DNA of 64,000 bases from Patescibacteria group bacterium (lineage in GTDB: Bacteria > Patescibacteriota > Patescibacteriia > Magasanikbacterales > GWA2-37-8), in contig JBAZNA010000001.1 of the NCBI GenBank assembly GCA_041649475.1, positions 686,594 to 750,593 of the forward strand, in the 5' to 3' direction. Under the pieces are notes generated by a model, which saw only the letters and a program-made list of their open reading frames with translations, was not told where the DNA came from and searched no databases. Positions 20,403 to 30,155 of this stretch are shown here, in pieces. A program made the position numbers and the translations under genes. Positions within the stretch are counted from its first letter, which is position 1. Every line of letters starts with the position of its first letter.

Positions 20403-21317
20403 TTATACCTTCAACTGTTTGCGCATAGCCAAACCGCTGGAGACAACCGTTAAAACCAGGACAGCCAGGGTCTGAACGCCAAACAGCATAAGGATATTGG
20501 ATTTGAAGTAATTTGTCAAGAGAAAGCCATTTGGCATCACCTCGGCCAAATACGGATCAAGATATTTCAGTCCCAAAAACACCAAACCAATAGTAAGACC
20601 GACACTTAAAATAGTAAACAAAATCGACTCTATCAGATACGGCCCGCGAATAAACCAATTGCTGGCGCCAACCAATCGCTTGATGCTGATTTCAAACCTT
20701 TGGGTGTTAATGGCCACGCGGATCGTGTTGAAAATGATGAGAAATGAAATCAAAGCAAACATGGCCGTGAGCCCCAAGCCAACTTCTTCAATGCGGGTAA
20801 TAATACTTTGCAGTTTGCTGATTGCCTGTTCGTGTTTGTCAAAACTGGTTGACTCTATAATGTCTTTATATTCAGGCACGTTGAGCGCGCTGATTATTTT
20901 TGTATAATCTCCCGGATCTCTGGTTTTGATAATTAAAGTTGAGCCAAACGGATTGGTGCCAAGCTCGTTTAAAGCGTCCATGACCTCGGTCTGCGCCTGG
21001 TTTTGATCTTTAAAGGTCTGCAACACCTCATCGCTCGACTGAACATCCAAACCCACAACTTCCGGGAATTTTTTCACGTACGTTTGGATTTCGTTCACCT
21101 GCTGGTCTGTGGCTGTGGGCAAAAAATACACGCTCACGTCAATCTGCTGTTTGACCGCGCCAATCGCCTCTTTGGTAATCACATCAATGGACCATAAAGT
21201 ATTTATAGAGAGTAGCATTAGGGTCAGAATAAAAACAGTCATGAACGCCAAAGAAATATTGCGCCCCAAATCCTGAAGTGCGTATTTTATTAACCGAAAA
21301 AAAGAAACAAAAATCAT
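20403..21317 (-). CDS. ftsX: Cell division permease FtsX
   Basis: IFNTIRVAI...EISIKRLVGASNWFIRGPY; follows ftsE. Confidence 0.92.
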   Translation of the reverse strand: MIFVSFFRLIKYALQDLGRNISLAFMTVFILTLMLLSINTLWSIDVITKEAIGAVKQQIDVSVYFLPTATDQQVNEIQTYVKKFPEVVGLDVQSSDEVLQTFKDQNQAQTEVMDALNELGTNPFGSTLIIKTRDPGDYTKIISALNVPEYKDIIESTSFDKHEQAISKLQSIITRIEEVGLGLTAMFALISFLIIFNTIRVAINTQRFEISIKRLVGASNWFIRGPYLIESILFTILSVGLTIGLVFLGLKYLDPYLAEVMPNGFLLTNYFKSNILMLFGVQTLAVLVLTVVSSGLAMRKQLKV

Positions 21318-21323
21318 AAAATT

Positions 21324-22004
21324 TTACAAACGATATTTTCCTGATTCTTCGTCATTGATAATTTCGCCGCCGTGCAAAGTGATCACGCGGCGTTTTAAAT
21401 GATTAACGATTTCACGGTTATGCGTGACCAAAATAATGGTGGTGCCGAATTCATTTATTTTTTTAAGTATTTCAACAATTTCGGCGGCGTTAATGGAATC
21501 CAAATTGCCAGTGGGCTCGTCGGCCACAATAATTTTCGGACGGTGCACCAACGAGCGCGCGATGGCTACCCGCTGCTGTTCTCCGCCCGAGAGCTGATTC
21601 GGATAGCTGTCCCCTTTCTCACTTAAACCGACGATATCCAAAACCTGCGGAATGGTTTGGTGGATGCGCTCATATTTTTCTCCGGCCACTTCCAGGGCAA
21701 AGGCCACATTTTCATAAACCGTTCTTTTGCGCAAAAGTTTGAAATCCTGAAAAACCACGCCGATTTGCCGGCGCAAATATGGGACGTTGTTTGAACTGAT
21801 ACTGGAAATGTCCCAGCCGCCGATTTCAATCTTACCGCGCGACGGCCTTTCTTCGGCAATTAATAGTTTCACCAGGGTGGTCTTGCCGGTGCCGCTCTGT
21901 CCGACAATAGACACAAAATCTCCGGCTTCAATGTGGAGATTTATATTGCGTAAAGCGGGCGTGCCGGTGGAATAAATTTTTGTTACTCCGCTGATTTTTA
22001 TCAT
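21324..22004 (-). CDS. ftsE: Cell division ATP-binding protein FtsE
   Basis: [37 protein letters not shown]. Confidence 0.93.
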   Translation of the reverse strand: MIKISGVTKIYSTGTPALRNINLHIEAGDFVSIVGQSGTGKTTLVKLLIAEERPSRGKIEIGGWDISSISSNNVPYLRRQIGVVFQDFKLLRKRTVYENVAFALEVAGEKYERIHQTIPQVLDIVGLSEKGDSYPNQLSGGEQQRVAIARSLVHRPKIIVADEPTGNLDSINAAEIVEILKKINEFGTTIILVTHNREIVNHLKRRVITLHGGEIINDEESGKYRL

Positions 22005-22034
22005 AGAGCTATTATAGCACAGAAAAAAGCATCG

Positions 22035-22733
22035 CTAAAGGCGACCAGTGGGGATAATTACTAATCTTTCCGCCGGCGGCAAGCCCGGAGTGACTGACTG
22101 CACCGGCTCAAAGCTGTAAGAAACTTTTTTATTAAAACGGTCAAGCTCTTTGGCGATAATATTTTTCAAATCCCCAAAATTTCTTTTGCCGCCTTTGCCG
22201 AAATCAACTTCACCTTCATAGATCGGATAAAAAACCGCCTTTCCACCCGATTTTAAATGCGCCATTGCTGATTTTAAAATCGCGCCGATTTTCTTATCCA
22301 GATTTTTTCCGTCCTCGGCGTCTAGCCACTCACCCGCCCCGCTTTGATTGGTGTTATAAAAACTATAGGGCGTGCTGAAATTTGAAAATATATAATCAAA
22401 TTTCTTTTTTAATTTTAAATTTTCAAATTCGGTCTCTCCTAATTTTTTATTGGCTCCCTGCGCAATGTCTTTCGGGTTGGAAAATTTTCCGGCATCAACG
22501 GAAACGACTTTACAATTTAACTTGAGGCCGCTTTCTTCAAGCTGTCTGATGCCGTCGCCAAAATAGGCAAAGGCGCCGGCGCCGACATCAAGCACGTCTT
22601 TGCCGACCAAATCATCCAAAGACAAACCCGCGTTATGCAAATAGGAGTCAAGCCCCTTTTTTCGGGCTTGGCGCAATTTGATCAAATTGGCGTCAATAAA
22701 ATCAGGCGGATAATATTCGCGCGCGAGAACCAT
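22035..22733 (-). CDS. Class I SAM-dependent methyltransferase-like protein
   Basis: VLDVGAG motif I, FDYIFS, LKSGG. Confidence 0.7.
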   Translation of the reverse strand: MVLAREYYPPDFIDANLIKLRQARKKGLDSYLHNAGLSLDDLVGKDVLDVGAGAFAYFGDGIRQLEESGLKLNCKVVSVDAGKFSNPKDIAQGANKKLGETEFENLKLKKKFDYIFSNFSTPYSFYNTNQSGAGEWLDAEDGKNLDKKIGAILKSAMAHLKSGGKAVFYPIYEGEVDFGKGGKRNFGDLKNIIAKELDRFNKKVSYSFEPVQSVTPGLPPAERLVIIPTGRL

Positions 22734-22745
22734 ATTTGTTCTAAC

Positions 22746-23042
22746 TTATTTTACGACCGGCCCTGAACTTGAACCCGATACCACCGGGCTCTTGGCGCTC
22801 TTGCTGAAGACAAAGATGTATAAAATTTCCAAGATGCCCAAGGTGTTGAAGATTAACAGAATTACAAACCAGGCCTTACTGCCTTTGCGAGCGGCAATCC
22901 ACAGCGCCCAGGCCTTCCAGATAAGAGACCAAACAACCAAGGCGATCATTACAAAAACAAAAATTCCGGCGTAGGCCGCGAACCACTGCGTGTCTCCGGA
23001 GGCGGCTGCCTGCGATTGTATCAGATAATTTGAGATAGGCAT
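22746..23042 (-). CDS. DUF5652-like small membrane protein
   Basis: WKAWALWIAARKGSKAWFVILLIFNTLGILEILYIF. Confidence 0.75.
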   Translation of the reverse strand: MPISNYLIQSQAAASGDTQWFAAYAGIFVFVMIALVVWSLIWKAWALWIAARKGSKAWFVILLIFNTLGILEILYIFVFSKSAKSPVVSGSSSGPVVK

Positions 23043-23053
23043 AAAAATAATTA

Positions 23054-23428
23054 TTAAATAGTTTCATTTCCGGTTGGCGTTGCTGACGCTCCGCCTTTTT
23101 TAACCTGAAGTAGCGGCACAAAAATCACTATCGCGTAACCCAGCCACATTACCCAATTGGAAAATATTGCCGGATTAAACCGCATGGTCACGATAAGATC
23201 CAAAATTATTGAACAAACCGCCCAAGTAACACCATATCCCACAGCCATGCCCGAGGTCGTCGGTTTCACCTTGCCGGCCATGATATAGACGATAATACCG
23301 CCGATTATGGCGATTAGTATTTCCATCCATGTGCTGCCGTAGATGTTAAAGCCGATAAACACGGATACGATTACAAACATCAGTACCCAGATAAAAACCC
23401 CGTATCCAATTGCTTTTCCCCATTGCAT
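23054..23428 (-). CDS. Four-TM membrane protein
   Basis: Four hydrophobic segments, clean ORF. Confidence 0.7.
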   Translation of the reverse strand: MQWGKAIGYGVFIWVLMFVIVSVFIGFNIYGSTWMEILIAIIGGIIVYIMAGKVKPTTSGMAVGYGVTWAVCSIILDLIVTMRFNPAIFSNWVMWLGYAIVIFVPLLQVKKGGASATPTGNETI

Positions 23429-23482
23429 AAGTTCACCCCCTCTCCATTAATATGTCTATATTTTACCCTTATGGCAGGGTTT

Positions 23483-24352
23483 TTACAAGATCATGCTTTC
23501 TCTGTCGTTTTCAGCCGATTTCAGGATATAAACATCGCTTTTTCCGTAGGCATCCTCGCCCACAAACTCCGCCTCTTTGTCTATAATCGCCTGCAGGGGT
23601 TTGCAAGCCGGACAGCCGTCGTCGCCGTTCGGGCATTTAAACCGGTTCAGTTGTCTGGCCAGTTTCATCTGTTTGGCGATTTCCAAAATTTTGTTTTGCG
23701 CTTCGTTTAGGTCGGGCAGGGTTTTTTCGGTTAAATTATCGCTGGAAAATAAGTACCAATAACTGGCTTTGGTCACTTTTCGCTTCTGGCAATTGTGCAC
23801 GAGCAAATGGTAAATCGGCAGTTGTAAAGAGTCGGTCTCTTCCTCGTTGCGCCCGGTTTTAAAATCAATAATGTGAACGCTGTCGGTGTCGGGCAAATAT
23901 TCCAGCCAGTCAATTTTCCCGCACAAAATAATATTTTCTTCTTCAGAAAGCCAATACGACGGCAGATCCTGCTGGATTTTTACGGAAAGCGTGGCGAGCG
24001 GGCCCGGACTCCTCATCACCCGGCGAAGCATTTCCTCTCCGCGCTGTTTATAAACATATTCAACCTCGTCGCTTTGGAAGCCGCCTTTTTTGCCGCGAAT
24101 TTTTTCCCAAGCCGTGTCCAGCTTTTCTATTAGCGACTTTGCGAAGCGCTGTTCAGTCGGCAAAACCGATAATGATTCCAAAACCTCATGCACGGCCTGG
24201 CCCAGCGCCAGCGCCGGAGCCATTATTTTTATTTTATGTTTTGTCACCGGATCTTTATAAACATTTTTCAAATAATACGCTTTCGGACAGCGCAAAAAAT
24301 CACTGATTGAAGTGTGTGAAACCCAAACTGCGGTGTATCTGTCCGGAGGCAT
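23483..24352 (-). CDS. PD-(D/E)XK nuclease (RecB/AddB/Cas4-like)
   Basis: S-x-S..FLRCP, G..VH, GKIDWL, IIDFKTG, QLPIY, C-terminal CP..C..C. Confidence 0.85.
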   Translation of the reverse strand: MPPDRYTAVWVSHTSISDFLRCPKAYYLKNVYKDPVTKHKIKIMAPALALGQAVHEVLESLSVLPTEQRFAKSLIEKLDTAWEKIRGKKGGFQSDEVEYVYKQRGEEMLRRVMRSPGPLATLSVKIQQDLPSYWLSEEENIILCGKIDWLEYLPDTDSVHIIDFKTGRNEEETDSLQLPIYHLLVHNCQKRKVTKASYWYLFSSDNLTEKTLPDLNEAQNKILEIAKQMKLARQLNRFKCPNGDDGCPACKPLQAIIDKEAEFVGEDAYGKSDVYILKSAENDRESMIL

Positions 24353-24358
24353 AGTTAT

Positions 24359-24733
24359 TTACGCGTAGGCAGTGCCTGCGTCTTTAATACTTAATGATTC
24401 AAAATAATAAATAAACTTCAGATTGTCTACATTAACACCGTATTTTATCACCAAACTCTTTGGCTCGCCGTTGATTACGGGATTAGCGAACAAATGCTGC
24501 TCGCGCAAGTCCGCGTTTTCCGGCGCATTGTCAATAATCGCAAAATCAAACAACTCATCAACAATTACGCCGGTAAATATTTCCTCAATCTCTTCCACAG
24601 AATCGCTGGTATCAAAATCAAACGGCTGATTTTTTTTAGTAAAAAGTTCTTTGAGCCGAGATTGCAAACCGTCTTTAATAGTTTTTAAAGCGCTTTCTAT
24701 CGCCGCTTCATGCGCTTTTTCGTTTTCGGACAT
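24359..24733 (-). CDS. Hypothetical acidic protein
   Basis: ORF in the co-oriented run; no motif. Confidence 0.6.
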   Translation of the reverse strand: MSENEKAHEAAIESALKTIKDGLQSRLKELFTKKNQPFDFDTSDSVEEIEEIFTGVIVDELFDFAIIDNAPENADLREQHLFANPVINGEPKSLVIKYGVNVDNLKFIYYFESLSIKDAGTAYA

Positions 24734-24739
24734 ATATAT

Positions 24740-25201
24740 TTATTTCTTCATCATTAGTTCTCTGAGCAAATTCGCGTCTTCTTTGCCCAGATATAATAAC
24801 CCATCTGGGTGCAACTCATTTTTATCACCAACTTGAGATAGTGAAGCTGTCCAAATACTTATCCGTGCAAGTTTAAACAAACCCATCAAAGGGCCACTGA
24901 TAGTTTTTATATCTTGGATTTTATCAAATGCTATAGATTTAGATTTTTTTATAAACATGCCCCAATTTATAGTTAAACTTCCCTGATCAAGAAAGAAGGA
25001 AGTAAATTGGAAATCGATAAAAAATCTGATAAAAACAGGGGCCCCAATAATAACCAGTAGAACCACAAAAAATCCGACCCAATACTTCGAAGCAAATAAT
25101 AAGATTGGTACAGTTACTAAAAATAACAACAGAGCTATCTTGACCGCAGCGTACAAAAGCAAAGAGTTTGACATTTTATACGTTTTTTTAAAGTCGTACA
25201 T
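24740..25201 (-). CDS. Membrane protein with bacterial PH (bPH_2) domain
   Basis: Two TM helices then KIQDIK..GPLMGLFKLA.I.I.TA. Confidence 0.7.
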   Translation of the reverse strand: MYDFKKTYKMSNSLLLYAAVKIALLLFLVTVPILLFASKYWVGFFVVLLVIIGAPVFIRFFIDFQFTSFFLDQGSLTINWGMFIKKSKSIAFDKIQDIKTISGPLMGLFKLARISIWTASLSQVGDKNELHPDGLLYLGKEDANLLRELMMKK

Positions 25202-25213
25202 AATATAAATTAG

Positions 25214-25474
25214 TTATCTAAATTTCTTTAATGCGTTTGGTAGGCCCCAAATAACCAAAGCAATGCCGCCGAAGACAACTGATAGCCCCGGGAAGATGCT
25301 AGAAGCGTAGAGTTTCCAGCCCTGCCATTCCATGGAGATCAGCCAATCGCCTTTGATGCCGGAATACACCAAACCGACGCCGGCATACAAAAAGCCTGCT
25401 GCCAGCAGGCAGAAAAGGACGATGACGATGAGTTTAAAAGTGTTGTCGGTGGATGATTGGGGGAGGGTGGGCAT
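25214..25474 (-). CDS. Small two-TM membrane protein
   Basis: Start taken at ATG MPTLPQSS because the longer ORF overlaps the upstream gene. Confidence 0.55.
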   Translation of the reverse strand: MPTLPQSSTDNTFKLIVIVLFCLLAAGFLYAGVGLVYSGIKGDWLISMEWQGWKLYASSIFPGLSVVFGGIALVIWGLPNALKKFR

Positions 25475-25625
25475 ATAGGATGGGTTTAAAATTAAGGATA
25501 AAAATAAAATATACGGCAAGAATATCTTACCATAATACACTAATGTTGAGCAATAAAAAAATTTTGCTCGAGGTGGTGGAGTAAGTACGAACCTGTATTG
25601 ACCAAGGTAAATATTCAACTTTTTT

Positions 25626-26144
25626 TTAAACGCCGCAAATAGTTTTAGCGAGGTGGTCAATTATCAATAACCAATTAAGTTTGATTAGTAACAATAAAAT
25701 TCCAAATAATATTATGAATCCTATTATAAAAAACCAATTAAATCTATAATTTTGCTTATTTTCTCGATCGTTTTTTTTCACCTGACTTTTATAAAAAATA
25801 AATAGTAACATCAAAAATAAGAGGTAACCGCCATACTTTTTTAAATTATTCATCTGCCCAAAGGCGCTTATAACAACATAGCCAATTAAGCTAAGCAAGA
25901 CAATTGTAAACGGTAACTTTTCCTCTAGTTTTTCGAAGATACCATTCCAGTAGCGTGTACCCCATGGATCGCCTGTCGGTCCGCCCATATCTGGTTTCCC
26001 CTCTGAAGATGTCCCTGCTTGTGCTAAAATACCACCGGAGCTTTCTTCTTGTGGAACTATACCCTTAAAACCACTTTCGCTAATATCAATGCCAGTACCA
26101 CGTTTTTCATCCTCATTGATTCTGTTTGCCGTTCCGTTATTCAT
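25626..26144 (-). CDS. Hypothetical membrane protein (3 TM)
   Basis: Disordered N-terminus, three TM helices; overlaps the stop of the upstream gene by 8 bp. Confidence 0.6.
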   Translation of the reverse strand: MNNGTANRINEDEKRGTGIDISESGFKGIVPQEESSGGILAQAGTSSEGKPDMGGPTGDPWGTRYWNGIFEKLEEKLPFTIVLLSLIGYVVISAFGQMNNLKKYGGYLLFLMLLFIFYKSQVKKNDRENKQNYRFNWFFIIGFIILFGILLLLIKLNWLLIIDHLAKTICGV

Positions 26145-26859
26145 ATAAATACTTCAAAAAGCCACCATGTATGTGTTCGATCGAATCTATATTGTCTTTG
26201 CATAAGCTTTCCAAATCTTGTAAATTGGTGGTCAACTCTTTATTTTGAAAAAAATCTATTTCGCAGTACGTGCCGCATTCTTTTTTATACTTATCTGCAT
26301 ACACCTGTTTTTTACTAAAAAATCTATTTATCGCTTCTTCGGTTGTTACCGGTCCCATTAGTATATTAAATTTTCCACCATCATATTCGCAGTCGTTAAA
26401 AGAAAAACCGAAATCAATCAGTTTAGCACCTGTGTTTTTTTCGAATGATTCATAATTTTTAAACATTTTGTTTTTAAATGCCGTTTTTAGATTATCCAAG
26501 TTATCTGCGCTATTAAAATTCAATATTGAACTTTTTGTGCCGACACGAATTAAAGTATTGATCGGATATTTATCAAAGGTTTTTATAATTTTAAATAATT
26601 TTTCTGTTTTGTTTTTAAACTCGCCAAAGTCCAATGAGCCATCAATTTGTAAACCGAAATTTTCAATACTAAAAAAAATAAATTCAGTTAAATCTTCATT
26701 TGCGACGTCTATCCTAGCGTCCATTATTTTTATTTTAGTGAAATCCTTATTTTTAGCTATAATAGCATCTGTCAATTGCCCTTTTAAATCCAAGAAAGAG
26801 AACTTCCTAAATTTTAAACGAATCTCTAGGGTATGTTTAATTATTTTAGTATCTGCCAT
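26137..26859 (-). CDS. Hypothetical protein (TIGR04255-like pattern)
   Basis: LEIRL at the N-terminus, IRVGTK centrally, EIDFF near the C-terminus; family call tentative. Confidence 0.5.
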   Translation of the reverse strand: MADTKIIKHTLEIRLKFRKFSFLDLKGQLTDAIIAKNKDFTKIKIMDARIDVANEDLTEFIFFSIENFGLQIDGSLDFGEFKNKTEKLFKIIKTFDKYPINTLIRVGTKSSILNFNSADNLDNLKTAFKNKMFKNYESFEKNTGAKLIDFGFSFNDCEYDGGKFNILMGPVTTEEAINRFFSKKQVYADKYKKECGTYCEIDFFQNKELTTNLQDLESLCKDNIDSIEHIHGGFLKYLYE

Positions 26860-26884
26860 ATAAATTAGATTAACAAATTATTTA

Positions 26885-27691
26885 TCACAATATAATAGTT
26901 ACTTTTTCATAAAGTTTTGGTAAACAATTTTGTCTCATTCTAAATTTAGTACCATGATTGTGGCCACTTCTTGCATCAAAATCCACCAAAATGTCCCCGT
27001 CTTCCAACGCTTTTAAAAAGCCTTCAAAGCTGAATTTTTGCAACATCATCACTTTAGAATAGTGATAATATTCTTTTTTGCGTTCTATTTTAACATCCGC
27101 TTGTACATAAAAGCAGTTTAGTAATTTTGTTCCGGCTTTATGTTCAAGATCATCAAAACCCCAGTATGGTTGCGGATCTAATTCACCCAAACCAACACGC
27201 TTTTTAACTGATTGCAGCCATACCTTGTGTCTTGGGTCAACACTTTTTGCTTCAAAAGAAATCAATATCTTTTTTTCTCGTCGGTCAATGACTACCATAA
27301 AACCACGGTCGCTTCGTGATTTGCCATGAATAGTTTGTCTAAAACTCATTTCGTTTTTAGGATATAATTTGTCGGCCTCATCATGAGCCCAGCCGTATTT
27401 TGGTAATAATACCTGTGGCACAAAACGAACTGCGCGTGGTGATGGTTCAGTGTGAAAAAGCGTTGTAAGCGATGTTGAATTTAATCGCTGCGCTTTTAAT
27501 TCCCATTCGGCCGCATTCGGAATTGGTAAATTATTTTCTTTAATGCCTAGCAGGTCTTCTAGCGTATTACCAATTCCGCCATGGTTACCTTTGCGGGCAT
27601 TTGGTATCCAACCCATCCCAGCTATTCGTTTAAATTCCTCAATCAAAATTGGTTTAGTAAAAAGATTTAATGTTTGTTTTGCACGTGGCAT
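26885..27691 (-). CDS. MvaI/BcnI family restriction endonuclease
   Basis: GGIGNTLEDLLGIKENN, ELKAQR, LTTLFH, HNHGTKFR; adjacent to a DNA methyltransferase. Confidence 0.88.
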   Translation of the reverse strand: MPRAKQTLNLFTKPILIEEFKRIAGMGWIPNARKGNHGGIGNTLEDLLGIKENNLPIPNAAEWELKAQRLNSTSLTTLFHTEPSPRAVRFVPQVLLPKYGWAHDEADKLYPKNEMSFRQTIHGKSRSDRGFMVVIDRREKKILISFEAKSVDPRHKVWLQSVKKRVGLGELDPQPYWGFDDLEHKAGTKLLNCFYVQADVKIERKKEYYHYSKVMMLQKFSFEGFLKALEDGDILVDFDARSGHNHGTKFRMRQNCLPKLYEKVTIIL

Positions 27692-27693
27692 AT

Positions 27694-28443
27694 TTAGAAG
27701 TTTAATTTTATTTGGGATTTATGTTTTTTTATACGTTCTTTTGCCATAGCACAATATTGTGGTGATATATCAATTCCGATGTAATTTCTGTTAAAGTTTA
27801 TAGCGGATATTGCGGTTGTGCCCGAACCCATAAAAGGGTCCAAAATAACTTTTGCACTGGTAGATGTGACAATTCTGTCAATCAAATCAACTGGAAAAGC
27901 GGCGGGGTGTTCATTTTTCATCTCTTGGGTAAATTCCCATACATCGCCGTACCCATTCGCTTTGGGCACTAACTTAAATTTTGGTTTAGCAATTAAATAA
28001 ATCACTTCATATGTTGGCACAAAATAACCAGCATTAAAATTAAAACCACCTTTCCGTCTCCAAATGATTATTTGCCGAACTGGAAAACCGGAAATAATAT
28101 CTTGTCTGTCCTGTAATTTTCCGGCTTGTACTCGCCATTTGTGATTATAAAAAATTGCACCGTCTTCCGGGATGATCCTCATCATCTCATTTAGGCAATC
28201 TCGCTGCCACTTAACATAATCTTCATGTGGCATGCAATCATTGTGATGACTATATCCTTTTTGTAGGGCCGCATTTGCCCATTTGCCACCTCGCCCGTCT
28301 TTCATGCCATTACCAGTTGAATTTTTTAAATTATACGGGGGCGATGTTACAACTAAATCAACACTTCCGTCAGGAATTTGCTTTAGTATCTGAACAGTGT
28401 CGCCACAAATAATTTTATTAACAAAACTATCGAGTTGCTTCAT
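27694..28443 (-). CDS. Beta-class amino DNA methyltransferase (N4-C/N6-A)
   Basis: TSPPY catalytic motif precedes HPAAFP and DPFMGSGTT SAM motif; start at MKQLDSF. Confidence 0.92.
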   Translation of the reverse strand: MKQLDSFVNKIICGDTVQILKQIPDGSVDLVVTSPPYNLKNSTGNGMKDGRGGKWANAALQKGYSHHNDCMPHEDYVKWQRDCLNEMMRIIPEDGAIFYNHKWRVQAGKLQDRQDIISGFPVRQIIIWRRKGGFNFNAGYFVPTYEVIYLIAKPKFKLVPKANGYGDVWEFTQEMKNEHPAAFPVDLIDRIVTSTSAKVILDPFMGSGTTAISAINFNRNYIGIDISPQYCAMAKERIKKHKSQIKLNF

Positions 28444-28507
28444 AAACCCTATATTATAAACTAGCAAGTATATTTTACCCTTTTTCTTTTGAGTTTACAA
28501 ACACAAA

Positions 28508-28532
28508 ACTCACCCCTTTGCAAGGGGTGAGT
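28508..28532. terminator. Hairpin ACTCACCCCTT/AAGGGGTGAGT
   Basis: Perfect 11-bp inverted repeat downstream of the HNH gene. Confidence 0.55.
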
Positions 28533-28555
28533 AGTAATTTGAAAAAACGTTCCAT

Positions 28556-29035
28556 TTAGGCCAACCGGCCGTGTTTTTCTAAAAAATACACAGAACTGCC
28601 TTCTTTTTCATGACAGTATTTACAGAGCACCTCACCATTTTCCACATCCCACAACTCAAAACAATTTATAGCTTCAGGGACTGAAGTAATGCGATTACTT
28701 CTTACAATCTGACACAATGTTTTTTTGTGATGCACCTCAAGAGCATACTTGCACCCGCATCTCTGACATCTATAACCTGCTCTAAATAAAACTTGCACTC
28801 TCCATCTATAATATTCAAAAGATCTTTGCAGTTCGCTTCTAAATAACTTATACTGTCCAAAATCAAAACCGGTATAAGAAAAAATGTTATATACCTTACA
28901 ACTTGGGCTCTGCTTTTGGTCTTTGTGATCAGTACGAGAATGCTTGATTATTACATACAATAACCAACAAAGCATAGCCAGACCGATTAAATCACCGAGC
29001 GCGGATGTGTTCTCCATAGACCCGTACCCTGACAT
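28556..29035 (-). CDS. HNH endonuclease with N-terminal TM helix
   Basis: CQRCG, LEVHHKK, NGEVLCKYCH. Confidence 0.8.
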   Translation of the reverse strand: MSGYGSMENTSALGDLIGLAMLCWLLYVIIKHSRTDHKDQKQSPSCKVYNIFSYTGFDFGQYKLFRSELQRSFEYYRWRVQVLFRAGYRCQRCGCKYALEVHHKKTLCQIVRSNRITSVPEAINCFELWDVENGEVLCKYCHEKEGSSVYFLEKHGRLA

Positions 29036-29070
29036 AAATCGGCCAAATTGTCAATGTTCAGTCACCTACC

Positions 29071-29658
29071 CTACCTCACCTCCACCCCAACCTCTTTCCC
29101 CTCCGAAATATAGCCCACCAATCGCGCCACCTCGTCTATTGATTTCTGATTGGCAGCAGTCATCTGTCCCGGAGCCGAAACTGCATCCGTCGCCTGTTTT
29201 ATCAGTTCATTCATGGCCTGATTGTAGCCGTTATCATTTTCAAAAATGCGTTTCAAAATCCCCTGGCTGTTTTGCAGAGTAATATCCCCCACCAACCGCG
29301 AATTAAAAATTTCCACGGAAGGAATGTAAACCGTGATTTTGTTTCCATTGATTTTTATATCTTCTTCCTTAAGCTTGGCCAGATCAACTCCGGTATTTAC
29401 TTCAACCACCCCATACGCGTTTATCACCTGCCCCCACAAAAGCCGTTGCCAAAAAGTGTCCTGCTGGGTGGAAATTTTTATGGACTCATTCAAAACATTT
29501 GTCTGCGTAACCAAAAATCCGCGGTCGCGCAGGGCGGTGAGGATTGACTGGCTTGAGACCTTTGTCTGGCCAACACTTCTTGTGGCCCACCAGCCGATAA
29601 ATAGGCCGGCTGCAAAAATTAAAAAGACGATAACGACAGCGTAAATGAATTTTTTCAT
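29071..29658 (-). CDS. DUF4230-like membrane-anchored protein
   Basis: TM anchor, G.V..GVDL..L, ITVYIP pattern. Confidence 0.7.
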   Translation of the reverse strand: MKKFIYAVVIVFLIFAAGLFIGWWATRSVGQTKVSSQSILTALRDRGFLVTQTNVLNESIKISTQQDTFWQRLLWGQVINAYGVVEVNTGVDLAKLKEEDIKINGNKITVYIPSVEIFNSRLVGDITLQNSQGILKRIFENDNGYNQAMNELIKQATDAVSAPGQMTAANQKSIDEVARLVGYISEGKEVGVEVR

Positions 29659-29666
29659 AGCATGGT

Positions 29667-30131
29667 TTAGTTTAATCTCATTACACTATATGTCAAAAAA
29701 GTCGCAAACCCCACCCAGGCCAGATATGGCACCAAAAGCCAGGCCGCGAATTTGGAAATCGGCCAAATCATCACAATCAAAACCAACACGGAAATGCCCA
29801 ATAAACCGGCCTCCCAGACAGCCGGGCCAAGCAGATGCAGACCAAAGAACAACACGCTCCAGAACACGTTTAAAAGGGCATTAACGACGAGCGCCGCGCC
29901 GATACCTGTCTTTCTCCGCCCCCAGGCCTTACTCATGGCAATTAGGGCCGAAATGGCGGTCAGAATGAACAAAACCGTCCAAACCGCGCCAATAAAACCG
30001 CCGGATGGGGTAAATGTGGGCAAATTTATGGACCGATACCAGCCCATGTTGAAATACGTCACCAAACCGCCCGCTACCATCGTGGCAATCGTGGCCAGTG
30101 GAATGATTATGTAATTGGCTTTAAAACGCAT
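29667..30131 (-). CDS. tspO: TspO/MBR family protein
   Basis: WYRSINLPTFTP, VWTVLF, LNVFWSVLFF, LVPYLAWVGFAT. Confidence 0.92.
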   Translation of the reverse strand: MRFKANYIIIPLATIATMVAGGLVTYFNMGWYRSINLPTFTPSGGFIGAVWTVLFILTAISALIAMSKAWGRRKTGIGAALVVNALLNVFWSVLFFGLHLLGPAVWEAGLLGISVLVLIVMIWPISKFAAWLLVPYLAWVGFATFLTYSVMRLN

Positions 30132-30155
30132 AAAAAAATTAGAAAAAATATAAAC

